A stretch of 64,000 bases of DNA from Felis catus (lineage: Eukaryota), in assembly GCF_018350175.1 (NCBI RefSeq), contig NC_058373.1, forward strand, positions 107,076,001 through 107,140,000. The letters run 5' to 3'. Shown here in pieces: positions 37,870 through 50,259 of the stretch (position 1 is its first letter; every line of letters begins with the position of its first letter). A program made the position numbers and the translations under genes. The notes under the pieces are model-generated. The model searched no databases and had not been told where the DNA came from. It saw nothing but the letters and a program-made list of their open reading frames with translations.

Positions 37870-39860
37870 GACTCTGTTCATTCTTTCTTTTGATAAATGT
37901 TTGTAAGTTTCCACAGTGTGTCAAACACTGTGCTAGATTCTGGGACCTGAACAGGTATCTTGCTATCAAGGAGTTTATAATCTAGAATCACAATTACATG
38001 CTGTGACTGAAGAACATAAGGGTCCATGGGAACTCAAAGAAGGGAGTGCTCAATTCTGCACAAGAATAGGGAGAGGTTAGAACTAAAGAAAACTTACTTC
38101 ACAGTGGCAGTAATGGTTGGGTTCAATGTTGAAAGTGAAGTAGGAGCTGCCTGGATTGACAGGGTGGAGAAGGGAATTCCAGATGGCTTTGAAAATTTCA
38201 AGCCATAGTGAAGCTGGTGCATGATGTCCAAAGTAGGCATGGTAAAAATTAAGCCTGAGCAAAGAACTAACCTTGGAGGAGGATGAAAGGAGCTTAGGTT
38301 TTATCATGCAGACATTGGGGGAATCCTTGCATGGCTTTAAGATGAAGAGTAACACAGTAAGATTTTCATTTTAAAATACATTGTAGTATAGAAAACAGAG
38401 AAATGAGGACATGATCCGAGTCAGGGAGACAAGTTAAGGACAATCCAGGCAAGAGAAGATTAGAGTGTGAACTAAGGCAGTAGCAGTAGCTGTAAAGAAA
38501 AAAGAATGGACATCTTAGATTTTGTGGAGGTAAAATCAACAACCAATAGTACGTATGGCCTACAATGACTCTCAAATTTCTGGCTTAGGTGACTGGTGGA
38601 CCATGTAGCTATCATATAGAGAAAAAACAAGAGGAAGAGTGAGTTTGGTGAGAAACAACAATAGTTAACAAATATGAGGTGATATATGTCAAGCACTGTG
38701 CCAAGTGTCTTACATGCTTTATCTCATTGAATCTATAAAAAACCTTGAGCAGTAAATATGATTATTTTCATTTTTAGATAAGAAAACTTAGATCGAGAGA
38801 AGTAAAGTAATTTGCCCAGGTGATATGGAGAGTAAGTGGTAGAGCTGAGATTTGAAGCTAGGTCCATTTAGCTGCACCAGGGGTTAGCAGACCTTTTTCT
38901 GCAAACGGCCAAATACTAAATTATTTTAGGCATCGTGAACCATATGATCTCTGCTGCAACTACTCATCTCTGCCATTGTAGTGGAAAGCTATAACCAAAC
39001 ATAAACAATGACATAAACAAATGGGTAACATTGTTTTACGAAAAAACTTTCCTTATAAACACTGAACTATAAATTTTATATAATTTCCATGTTTTCTGAA
39101 ATATTATTATTTTGAGTTTTCCAACCATTTAAAAATGTAAAAACCATTCATTGTCCTTGGGCGATATAAAAACAGTCAGCAGGCCATATTTGGCCCTTTG
39201 GTCTTCATTTAAAAACTCTGGAGCTACTACTTCTGAAAAAGATTACTTTCCATTTTGGACTGCTGAGTTCAGAATGCCTGTGGAATGTTTGGGTAGAAAT
39301 GTACTATTGGAAGCTGTGAAAATAGATCTAGATTCCAGAAGAGATCTGGACCAGAGGCCTGAATTTGTGAATCACTCACATACAGGTGGCTAAATACAGA
39401 AGTTAAAAGATTGGATTGATTTACCCAGGGGAGAACAAGTAGGGTGAGAAAGGACAGAACACAATTATGGGTGACACCAAAAACAAAAACATAGGAGAGT
39501 TAGGAAATGCAGAAGAGGAGACTAAGAAGAATCAGAGAAATAAGAGAAGAACTGGAAGAGAGTTTTGTCACAAAAGCCAAAGAGAATCAAAAAAGGAGTG
39601 GGAGTGGCCAGCCAGAGTCAGTGCAGCTGAGAGGTTAAAAAAAAAGACCTCAGAACCATGAAGATTGCAAAGCATGTGGCAATTAATAGGTCAATGTTTG
39701 CCTTTGCCAAAGCAGTTTCAGGGAGGTTTTATTCTCCCTTTTATTGCAGTAGATTCTAAAGCAAATGTAAGATAAGAAAGGGAGAAAACAGGTGTAGTTT
39801 ATTTTTTGAGAAAGTTGGTAGCAAATGAAAGATATCAATAAGGAGGTAATTAGGGAGACA
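37870..39860 (-). mobile_element. Long L2 remnant interrupted by a MIR (about 38660-38875) and MER58
   Basis: Reverse L2 tail (ttcattc...tgtgtcaaacactgtgctag) followed by purine-rich reverse ORF2 similar to 21470-22250. Confidence 0.7.
38878..39220. mobile_element. MER58(B-like) hAT-Charlie MITE
   Basis: caggggttagcagacctttttctgcaaacggcc...tgcaactactcatctctgccattgtag...aggccatatttggccc. Confidence 0.8.
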
Positions 39861-40910
39861 ACTAGCTATCAGGATCCCAGGAAAGGGCATCTCTAAGGCA
39901 GCTCCTTCCTGTCCATTCCCACAAGGCATCTGTCTCTCTTGAGTCACAATGTGCTGGGACATTCAGACAAGTAACTGAGTATAAGTGAAGCAGTAGCCAT
40001 TCAGTCTTCCAGGGGAGTGACGTGATGTGGGGCTTCTTTACCTGTGAACCAGACTCAGGGGTGAAGACCAGAGGCAGTGGATACTGGGAAGAGCTTGTCA
40101 TTTAGCAAACTATGGCTCTTGGGATAGCCTACCTTAACCCCACATGTAAGTATGCTGATCTTCCTGACTCCCAAAATCCAGGAGAGAGCCAATGGCAAGG
40201 CTAATCTTCCCTTAATTCCAAGCTAGAAAGGTAGAGAGCAGATGACCTTCTCCAGGTACCTAGGAGGGACTGGTTGCTGGGCCAAAGATCCACTTGCCTT
40301 GTACTTCCTGCATTTAAGAATGGCAACCAGGTGTATAAGCCCAAGAGATAAATAATGAGCCCAAGAGAAAAAAAGAAACACCTTACCTAAGGCAATCCAG
40401 CAACCAGAAATAAGCGAAATAGGTAGGATGATTAGAATGCAAGCCTAATGACATAGACCTGCTCCTGGAGAAAGCAGATGAACACTCAAATAATCAATAA
40501 GAGTACCTTCATAAAGTAACACCACCCTCTCTGAGACCAAATGAAAGAAAGTGAGAGAGAAGGCAGATATTGATTGACAAGGTTATAAACATGAGGTGAG
40601 ACATTGAAGGAGCATGTCCCTAAATGACCTTAATTGTGTGTGCATATTGACTCATTTGCAGAGAGAAGACGGTGATGGGGTAGGACACACAAAAAGCTAC
40701 AGTACAATTACACAATTATGGTGATCAGACTTCTACAAATGCAGTGTCTCCAACCTCCAGTGAGTCTTCATATGATTTTTCACCAGCAGTACTTAACAGC
40801 AAGCATATTGCTATAGAGAAGGTGAATGTATGGAATGGGATTTTCAGTTAGAAAAAAAGTGGGATTGGCAGTGAGAAAGGGTTAACAGTGCTGGGCCTAT
40901 GGCTTCTAGA

Positions 40911-41131
40911 CAAGTATTTTTCAAATCCTGGGTCACAATTCATCAGAGGATCATAAAACCAATTTAGTGGGTAATACCCATTAAAAAAAATGAAGCTAAG
41001 TGGAATGGAAGAAAAAATACCAGAGTAAATGGTACTCTGTCTCAGAGTACTTTGTCTCAGTTAAGTACATGCATAGATGTATTGTATATTCAGTGATGAT
41101 GTAAAAGGTAGTTTTCATAATGGGCTATAGT
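40911..41131. mobile_element. hAT-Charlie-type MITE
   Basis: Decayed inverted termini caagtatttttcaaa and tttgaaaaccactg. Confidence 0.55.
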
Positions 41132-41177
41132 CAAAAATTTGAAAACCACTGATCTTGTCTATACAAAAAAGGATGTT

Positions 41178-41560
41178 GTATTAGGCATCAGAGTTTCTGG
41201 CAAATATTCTGGTTTCCTTTCTGACAGGTACATGATAGAATTGTACTTCCCTGTACTCCTTGAAGTTAGCCATAGCCATTTAACTTGTTTTGACCATAAA
41301 AAACAAGAAGAGATATGGGTTTGGATTTAAGAGCTAGAGTATTATTAGCCACATCTTTTTTGCCCTGTCCCTGCATTAGGCAATGTTCCAGATGTTGCCC
41401 CTCAGTCAGCCTGCATCCCTGAATAAGGAGGCATGGAGCAGAGCCTCCAGCCAACCTACAACAGATGCATATTATAGGTAACAAATAAATCTTTGTTGTT
41501 AGAAACCATTAAGATTTGAGGCTTCACTAATGAAGGATAACTTAACCTATCCTACCTGAT
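41178..41560 (+). mobile_element. Old MaLR LTR (MLT1I/J-like)
   Basis: cagcctgcatccctgaat...gagcagagcctccagcc...aaataaatctttgttgtt...cctatcctacctgata. Confidence 0.65.
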
Positions 41561-42158
41561 ATAGAAGTCAAATCTAGAAGAAGATGATGATCCAAAAGAA
41601 AATGGAGGGATCAAGGAACATCTTGCACATTGGTACTCAATATGCCCTGATAGTCTATCAGAAAATAGAATGGCAAGTAACTGGGTGGTAATAATAGATT
41701 CAACAATAGTGACTAGTATGTAGAAGGAAAATAGAATTGTTGGTAGAAGCCCTGAAGTGGGACTCAAGCTGTTCCTTGAAAAACGAATTGGATGGGCAGA
41801 GGAAAGTGGACCCATTGAATGAGAGGGAAACAATGAGCCAAGGATAATGATAATGGCATTTAAAGCAGGGATGGGGGTGGGTATGGGCACAGAAATGAGA
41901 CACAGTACCACTGGAGCAGAGAGTACATGTTAGAAAATGCAATTGAAAAAGGAGGGTAGGATCCAATTTTGAACAGGTTTTCAAATTATACAGAAATATT
42001 TGTAATGAAATAAAAATAAGGTATGTAAGACCTTAGCACAATGTCTACTCATAACTAAGGACACGGCTTATATTTATTGCTGTTTTTGTTGATGTTGTTG
42101 TGCAAGGAAAGGCCATGAGAGATTTCTAAGAAGAGATTTGCCATGAAAGCAGTGCTTT

Positions 42159-42370
42159 GGGGCACCTGAGTGGCTCAGTCGGTTAAGCATCCGACTTCGG
42201 CTCATTCACTAGATCAAGTCCCATGTTGGGCTCTGTGCTGACAGTTCAGAGCCTGGAACCTTCTTTGGATTCTGTGTCTCCCTCTCTCTCTGCCCCTCCT
42301 CAGCTCATACTCTGTCTCTCTCTCTCTGCCAAAAATAAATAAAACATTTTAAAGATTTAAAAAAAGAAAA
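42159..42370 (+). mobile_element. Can-SINE
   Basis: TSD aaagcagtgcttt. Confidence 0.93.
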
Positions 42371-43230
42371 AAAGCAGTGCTTTAAACTAATCTTGCAGTT
42401 AGTTTTCACAGGACAGACTGAAGAAGAAACAAGTAAATATGACAAAATAAGTGAGGAGGCAGTGGTCCAGGGGTGAGGCAATGAGAGAAGAAGAAGGAAA
42501 AAACACCTTCCACCATAACTACTATTTTTTTTTTGTCTATCAGCCACTTCTCCACATGACCACCAAGTGAACACTCATAAGAGCAAAATCTTTCCATGTT
42601 AAGAACCTGTAAAGATAGGGCTCAATAATCCTATAACACACTCAGAGATTATTATAGAAGTCTCTGGGGTGATTCAGAATTTTTGTGTTTTTATGAAAAG
42701 TGAGAGACCATTTATCCAACCCTTAGCTTGCTCTACTTAGACCCTGAAATCCCCAGTAGTATCCACAGTAATACCTTGGGGAGTATCCCTATTCCTCAAA
42801 AACCCTGCTTTTACAAACTCCACCCAATGCCATAGAACCTGCCTAGCATAGCAGGTGGAAATGAAGCCTGCAACTTCTGAGGAGACGACAAAACCAGTTA
42901 GTCTCCTGGTAACATTCCCTCCCTCACTTAGATAGAGTTGCCTCCATTTCTGCCTAGGAGACAAGCATTCTGATGCTTCTGAAAACTTAGTCAGTGGCAC
43001 CAAGGCCAAATGGCCTTCTTGGAAAAGTTTCTTAATTACTTAACCCCTACCAAGTAACTATATAGTGTTGCAAGTTAGAGCATGTAACTTATGAACAGTC
43101 TCTTTGGTTCTTGATGTACGGTTCATCAGGGTAATCTTGGGCAGCCTTTAAAGTATTCTATGTCTCAGTCTGCTGCTCCGTATTATCAGGAAAACAATCA
43201 CATTCACATCACAGGGAAGATGCAAATTTT

Positions 43231-43450
43231 TTTTTTAATTTTTTTTTCAACGTTTATTTATTTTTGGGACAGAGAGAGACAGAGCATGAACGGGGGAGGG
43301 GCAGAGAGAGAGGGAGACACAGAACCGGAAACAGGCTCCAGGCTCTGAGCCATCAGCCCAGAGCCCGACGCGGGGCTCGAACTCACGGACCGCGAGATCG
43401 TGACCTGGCTGAAGTCGGACGCTTAACCGACTGCGCCACCCAGGCGCCCC
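43231..43450 (-). mobile_element. Young felid Can-SINE (SINEC_Fc type)
   Basis: CpGs intact. Perfect TSD aagatgcaaatttt at 43217-43230 and 43451-43464. Confidence 0.97.
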
Positions 43451-43680
43451 AAGATGCAAATTTTAATTAACATTTGCAAAAATACTTTGATATCATCTAA
43501 TGAAAAGTGCCATACCGAAGCAAAATATAATTATAGGCAAGTTTGTCCCTATGATCTTTTGAGAGAAGAAAGCCATATAGAAGCAATAATTTGCATGTCT
43601 ATCATTGTTGCTCATTCATTGATCAAATTCTTGACAAACACATATCACCATCCAACTCTCTGGTTAAGAAAGTGAGTCTT

Positions 43681-43935
43681 GAGGTGCCTGGGTGGCTCAG
43701 TCAGTTAAATGTCTGACTCTTGGTTTCAGCTCAGGTCATGATCTCACTGTTGTAAAATTGAGCCCCACGCTGTGCATGGAGCCTGTTTAAGATTCTCTCT
43801 GTCCTTCTCCCTCTGCCCTTCCCCCACTCATGCTCTCTTTCTCTTTCAAAAGAAAGAAGGAAAGGAAAGGAAAGGAAAGGAAAGGAAAGGAAAGGAAAGG
43901 AAAGGAAAGGAAAGGAAAGGAAAAAAGAAAGAAGG

Positions 43936-43974
<39 letters not shown>

Positions 43975-44030
43975 ATGGAAGGAAGGAAAGAAGGAAGAAA
44001 TGAAGGAATAGGAAGAAAGAAGAAAAAAAA
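43681..44030 (+). mobile_element. Can-SINE whose tail has expanded into (GGAAA)n/(GAAA)n repeats
   Basis: SINE body 43681-43847, then a roughly 180-bp purine tract. Confidence 0.9.
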
Positions 44031-45764
44031 GTCTTTAATAACTAAAAATAAAACACATAAATTACCACATCACCTCTTACATCTTCAGCCAAGGACACAT
44101 AGTCCTTTTCTACCAGACCAGCAAATCTGGGATCCAGTCCAGCTTACTAAAATGCAGCAGAGGGGAAGAAAACTCTAGACCCAAAGTGGTAAATGACTTG
44201 CCCAAGGTCAGTCTGAATTTGGCCCCAGAAAGTTTTATTCCAATTCTATAGCTATAATTCTTCTCTCTCAAAATAGTCTGAATTGATGAGTTAAGTTACC
44301 AAAAAGAATTAAAAGACAAAAGGGATATCTTTTTTTTCTGGTTGGAATATCAGACTTTTCTGAATTAGAGTTATTCTCTATGCTAACCAGGGTAAGGACT
44401 CCTGAAATGTCCTAATTACATGTAGGACGATGACTTCTAAAATAGTTTAAGTTTGCAAGTAATGCCTCTTCCATATCTGGGAAAGTGCATTTCTAAATAC
44501 ATAGCAGATTTCTCATATTTTCTCTGGAAGCCTTCCCCAGGCTGTTTCGTAAGAAGTGGCTTGCTGCTAAAGCCCGTTCTCTTTCCTCAAAGCAAAACTC
44601 TCTCAGAAAGTTCAGTTCCTTGGCCCTAAAGATATGTACGGGCAGCGTACGGGCAGGTCTGGTAGCAAAAAATCCTCTTGAAAAATTCTACATTCTGACA
44701 TTTAAATGCCTGATTTGTGTGCTCTTCCATCAAAAAGAACTTTGTGAAATATAAAGTCATTTTTAATCTCATTTGCTTATCAAAAAAGTTGTGAAAGAAC
44801 TGAGACTTTGCTCTGAAAACACCGTGATTTATAGAGTAGCTACTTAGATGCTGATGATTCATTTCCTCCAAAGTAGATATTTGTCCCTACAATAGCAAAT
44901 TTCACAAGATACCTGCAAGAAAATTCTTGAGAAGGGAATTAAATTATAAGAATATTTACTTCATTTCAGTACCTTTTCTTAGATTGCAATGTATGAAACT
45001 TAAAGACACTACATTTGCTTGTATATGATAATGTAGGAAGTATCCTAATATTTAATTTTAAGTTTCTACTATAAAAATATATTAGAACTGACCAATCCCA
45101 CTTTTTCCAGTAGGAAGTTGTAATAATTTTTAAGGGGTATTGAGGGGTATTGAGGAGGGAGACTCTAGATGTAAAATTGCTCATTTCTAGAAAAGAAAAA
45201 ATTAGGATATTCTTCCCTTGATAATCCACATAATGTGTTTTTACTTCAGTGAAATGAAAATAGCATTAATTATAAATACATTTACAGATTCCATTACTCT
45301 ATTCAGTTTTTTTTAATCCTGATTAAATGGTATAATAGCCCTGAAATATACAATTGGCTCTTTATTATTTAATCCAGAGGTTGGCAGCACCAACCACAAA
45401 GCAGAGCCAACTACATCATGTCACAATAAGGGCACCATAACTTCACGCTCATGGTGAGAATCATGTGTGGAGAGCAAATCTGGTAACAAAAACCAGGCTT
45501 GGAATGCATGTGGTGCCTGGTGTTGCTTTTCCAGAAAGGTTTTCATTATAATAATTAATAGCATTTTTTAAGGAGGGAAAACAGGAGAAAAGGAGCAAAA
45601 AAACACGTTGTCGGTGGGCAAGAGTACAAGGAATGCTATCAGGAGTGGGGGGTGGGGAGAACAAAGAATGCACATAACAGAGTACATAGGTGTACAGCTT
45701 TCCTCCTGGGAACTTTACACACTTCTGCCTTTCCCCAGTGCATATGTGGGTGTTACGTATTTGT

Positions 45765-45980
45765 GCTTGGGTTCAAACTGCAGCTCCACAGCAACTAGTT
45801 TTGTGACCTTGCCAAGTTACTTTACCCCACTCTGCCTCAGTTTCCTCATTTGTAAAATAGAGTTATTAGGATTTACTTCATAGTGTTGATATGATGATTA
45901 AATAAGGTGACATATGTAAAGCATTTAATGCATTGCCCAGGACACAATAGCTTTTATGATTAGCTATTTGTATTATTATC
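45765..45980 (+). mobile_element. MIR SINE
   Basis: Core gtgaccttgccaagttacttt...ctctgcctcagtttcctcatttgtaaaat. Confidence 0.85.
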
Positions 45981-46014
45981 ATCCACATTTCCATTTCAAA
46001 ACTTATTTTCAACT

Positions 46015-46227
46015 GGGACAACTGGGTAGCTCAGTTGGTTAACCGTCTGACTTCGGCTCAGGTCATGATCTCATGGTTCATGGGTTCGAGCCCCACATCA
46101 GGCTCACTGCTGTCAGCGCAGACCCCACTTCAGATCTTCTGCCCCCCTCTATCTCTGCCCCTCCCCTGCTCATGTTCATTCTCTCTCTCAAAAATAAATA
46201 AATATTTAAAAATTTAAAAAAACTTGT
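46015..46227 (+). mobile_element. Can-SINE
   Basis: Perfect 17-bp TSD aaaacttattttcaact at 45998-46014 and 46228-46244. Confidence 0.95.
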
Positions 46228-46727
46228 AAAACTTATTTTCAACTAAAATATCTTTGTTATTAGAGTGAAACCAGTTACTCACATGCCAAGTTTTCATTAT
46301 TGCTACCATTTCTGTGGAAACATGACATCACTGATCCTCTCCTACCACTTCAATCAACTCTTTGGAGAGTACTTACAGGACACAGACATGTCAGACACAG
46401 ACATGAATAGAACACAAGTCATCTGAGATAAGTACATGGCCAAGAGTCACACAAAATACTAGGCATGCAGAAAAGAAAGAGCAATTATGTTTAATTGGGG
46501 GAATCAAAGAACACTACAAAGGAAGTGACATGTGAGCCAATCCTTAAAGGAGAAACAGAGGTTTGAAGGGGAGGAAGGTGGAGAGGCAAGAGTCTACTCT
46601 AGGACATAGAACCAAGAGCCTGGGGTGAAAAGAGGAAGGGAGGAGAGAAGGGAAGTGAAAAGAAATGAGCCTAGAGAGTTGGCACATACAGTGGAGAGCT
46701 GTGTGAGAGATAACAAGTGTGATGGGG

Positions 46728-47240
46728 TATGACGGTTAATTTTATGTGACTGGGACTCAGGGTGCCCAGACATTTGGTCAAACATCATTCTGGAGGTGTC
46801 TGTGAGGGTGTTTCTTGGATGACATTAACATTTGAATTAGTAGAGTAACTAAAGCAGATTGCTCTTCCCAATATGGGTGGGCATCATCAAATCAGTTGAG
46901 GGTTTGGATAAAATAAAAAAGCTGGCCCTCCCTCAAGTAAAGAGGAACTCCTTCTGACTGACTGCCTGAGAGCTAGAACACTTGTTTTTTTTCTGCCTGT
47001 GGACTCAAGCTGAAACACTGGATTTCTTGGGTCTCAAGCCACCAGCCTTCAGACTAGAACTGCACCATCAGCAATCCAGGGATTCCAAAGTGCCAAGTGT
47101 AAATCTTGGGACTTAAAATCCTCCATAATCACAGGATCCAATTCCTCAAAAACAATTAACCAACTAACCAACCAACCAATCAACCAACCAACTATTCAAT
47201 CCTGTTGGTTCTATTTTTCTGGAGAATCCTGGCTAATACA
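46728..47240 (+). mobile_element. ERVL solo LTR (MLT2 family)
   Basis: tatgacggttaattttatgtg...gtgcccagacatttggtcaaacatcattctg...ctggagaatcctggctaataca. Possible 5-bp TSD tgggg/tgcgg. Confidence 0.85.
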
Positions 47241-47813
47241 TGCGGGGAAAATACTCAAGTGTCCCTATTCACGACTCTCTCCCTTGGTTGCCTTCTGAGG
47301 ACAAGTCTGTGACTGCACATGGATTCTTCAATGTGTTTCCAGGGCTAATAGGTACAACTACAAAATTAAGGAAGAAAGATAGGGACAGATTGATTCATAA
47401 AAGTGCTGATATGAAGCTTCTCCTAAAGAAAACATTCAACTCAAAGGCTAGTAAAGAGGATGAAAGAAGTGGACACAGTTTTGAGGAGTTAGCAAAAAGG
47501 GGTAGGGAGAAGTGTAGCTTAGTGTGTTCCTTTAGAGAGAAAGCTATACAAAAAAGGGTTTGGGGGAAGTTTTGCTGTGAGCTATATGTGGCAATTTTCC
47601 CTGTGCTCAAGAGGCTTCAATGAACACCATACTGCTTTCTGAAATCAGATTCATGTTACTTTGAGATAAATCACCATGCTGAGGGAGACCTTAAGGAGGG
47701 AACATAAAGATCCAGTTTTATTTGAGTTGTTCAACATAACCATTCATAAAAGATAAAAATACAAGTGGAAAGGAAAATAAACTACTCACCAGAATTCCTT
47801 TTGGGAAGAGCAC

Positions 47814-48248
47814 TGTATTAGCCAGGATAATGTAATAGATATCCAATAAATAGTGACTTAATTAAATACGAGATTTTGTTCTCTTCTATGACGGTAGGTC
47901 CTGAGATTGATAAACAGGGCAAGTAAAGCAGCTCAACAAAGTCTCAAGATAGCCCTGCTATTTTCCTGCTCTGCTATTCACCTCCAAGGTTACCAGATGA
48001 CTGCAGCCCTATGAATCAGTGTAGTCTGTTTAGCCAGGAAGAAGGAGAAAGGACAAAAGGGCACCACTGCCAGCTGAGTCTGTTCCTTTATACCAGGAAA
48101 TCACAGTTTTCCCCAACGCCCCATACAGCCTATATACATCTTATTGGCTCTAAGAAAAGCTTGGGAGAATCAATACTTTATCTGGGTTCTGTTAGTAAGG
48201 AAAACAAGTAAATAGATATTGGGTAGAAAAGTGGCAGAGTATGCCACA
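47814..48248 (-). mobile_element. Old MaLR LTR remnant (MLT1J/K-like)
   Basis: tgtattagccaggataatg...agatgactgcagc...tatgccaca. Confidence 0.5.
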
Positions 48249-48999
48249 TACAAAATATTTAATTGGAATAAATATCTTGATTAATTAATTCAGATAGAGG
48301 CTAAAACCTTGAGTGCACCTGAAGGAGGACAGAACTTCCCTGCTTGAGGAGAGGAAATACTCAACTGCTCACAAAGCAGACTAGGAGAGACTGAGAAGAA
48401 GAGAGGGGAAGAGCCAGCAAGAGCATTGCACATCAGGACTCCCCACTTTTGTTCTCTCCAAACCTTTGGTAAAAGGGCACTACCCCTCACACAACTCCAA
48501 AAAAAGTCATAAAACACTTAGTATTAGTGGTTTCTTGTGGAAACCAGAAAGGTATGGACTTCTGCATCTAATACGCCATGCACTAAAATATTACAATCCT
48601 TGGTTTGGGGAGCATAGAGACAGGGAAAATCAGAAAGAACTAAACCATCAAAAACCCTAGGAAAGGTAAATGGAAGTGCCTTATTCAACCACACATACAG
48701 CAAGCACCATGCAAAATATAAAAAACAAAACCACAAGCAAACAAAACTCACAATTACCATTATACCAACTCTCACTAGAACTACATTCCAAAGTTTAAAA
48801 TCCTGCAATGGATCACTTATTTTTACTTTTTTTCAATTCTAAATCAAAATCACGAGGCATATTGATGACCACCAGCTACACCCTGTGAATGAAGTAATGT
48901 GTGGAATTTATGTAGCCTCTTTTATTTGTCTAGTAATGCCCTTCTTTTCTGGATACATAAGTGATGCTTCATAATACTCCCCCAACACAAACTTTCCTG

Positions 49000-49603
49000 A
49001 ATTTGTGTTCTACTGCAATGTGACAAATGACCACAAATTCACTGCCTTAAAACACCACACATTTGTTATCTCACAGTTTCCATGGATCAGGAGCTCAGGC
49101 ACAGCTTAACTGGATCCTTGGCTCAGAGTCTCACAATGCTGCAATCAAAGCATTGACCAGGCTGCATTTCCATTTGGAGACTTGACTGGGCAAGAATCCA
49201 CTTGAATCCACTGGGCAAGAATTCAGGTTGTTGGCAGACTTTATTTCCTTGTGACTGCATGACTGGGGGCTTAGCTTTTTGCTAGCATTTGACTGGAGGT
49301 CTCCTTTGATCCTAGAGGCTGGCTACTCATAGCCCTTCAACATAAGGGCTTTTTCAATATGGCTGTTTATTCATTCAGCAAAAATCTGTAGTTCCAGTCT
49401 ACTAAGACAGAGGCTTATATAATGTAATATAATCACAGGAGTGTTATCTCCTCATCTTTACAATATTACATAACCTAATCATGGGAGTGACATCCAATCA
49501 TCTTTATATGTGTGTGTGTCCTGCCTACACTTAAAGGGATTACACAGTCATGAAGACAAGGAGGTAGGAATCGCTAGAGATCACCTTGGCATCTATCTGC
49601 CAC
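49000..49603 (-). mobile_element. MaLR LTR (MLT1E-like)
   Basis: gtgacaaatgaccacaaattcactgccttaaaac...atctcacagtttccatggatcagg...aatcatgggagtgacatcc...tctgccaca. Confidence 0.75.
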
Positions 49604-49769
49604 ATAATCCATATTATATACAAATTGCCAACCAGTGAAAATATGTCTATAGCAAGAGTTCAGATAAAAGGCCTCAAGCGTTTCTCCCTCAAAGCGTTTT
49701 ATATACTTCATAAAGGATATAAACATCCTTTGTATCATGGAGCTTAAGAAAACAGTGTATAGAGTTAGG

Positions 49770-50245
49770 CTCCTGGTGTGTAAAATGCCTATCACTAAAT
49801 AAGTACCTCAAAATTTAGTGGCTTAAAACCATAACCATTTTATCTTGCTCATGAGATGGTGGGTTAGTATTTGGACAGGATATAGCAGAGACAGCTTATC
49901 TCATCTCTGCCCGATGTTTGCTGGGGCTGGAATGTCCAAGATGGCTCCTTTACTCATACATCTGGAACCTCAGCTAGGGTAGCTCAAGTGGCTGGAGGCT
50001 GACAAGAACATCAACTGGGGTCATATTCGTGGGGTTTTGATTCTTGTTGGCTAGATTTTTCAAATCCTTTCATTTCAGAACCTCTCTCTACCCATATGAC
50101 CTCTGTACATCATCTGTCCATGGGGTCTGTTTAGCAGGGGAGCTAGACATTTAACATGGGGGTTGGACTGCTAGAGACAGGCCGTGGAAATAGTTTTCTT
50201 AAGGTCTGCACTTGGAAGTCCCAGAAAGTCCCTTCTGCCACATAC
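49770..50245 (-). mobile_element. MaLR LTR (MLT1G/H-like)
   Basis: ctcaaaatttagtggcttaaaac...tccaagatggctcc...ccttctgccacat. Confidence 0.65.
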
Positions 50246-50259
50246 TACCGGTCTTTATG

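Noticed and set aside
47240..47623. 127-aa ATG-initiated ORF directly after the MLT2 LTR
   Set aside because: No recognisable domain. The DNA resembles reverse L2 remnant (gacacagttttgaggagttagcaaaaaggg), and an ORF of this length is expected by chance.
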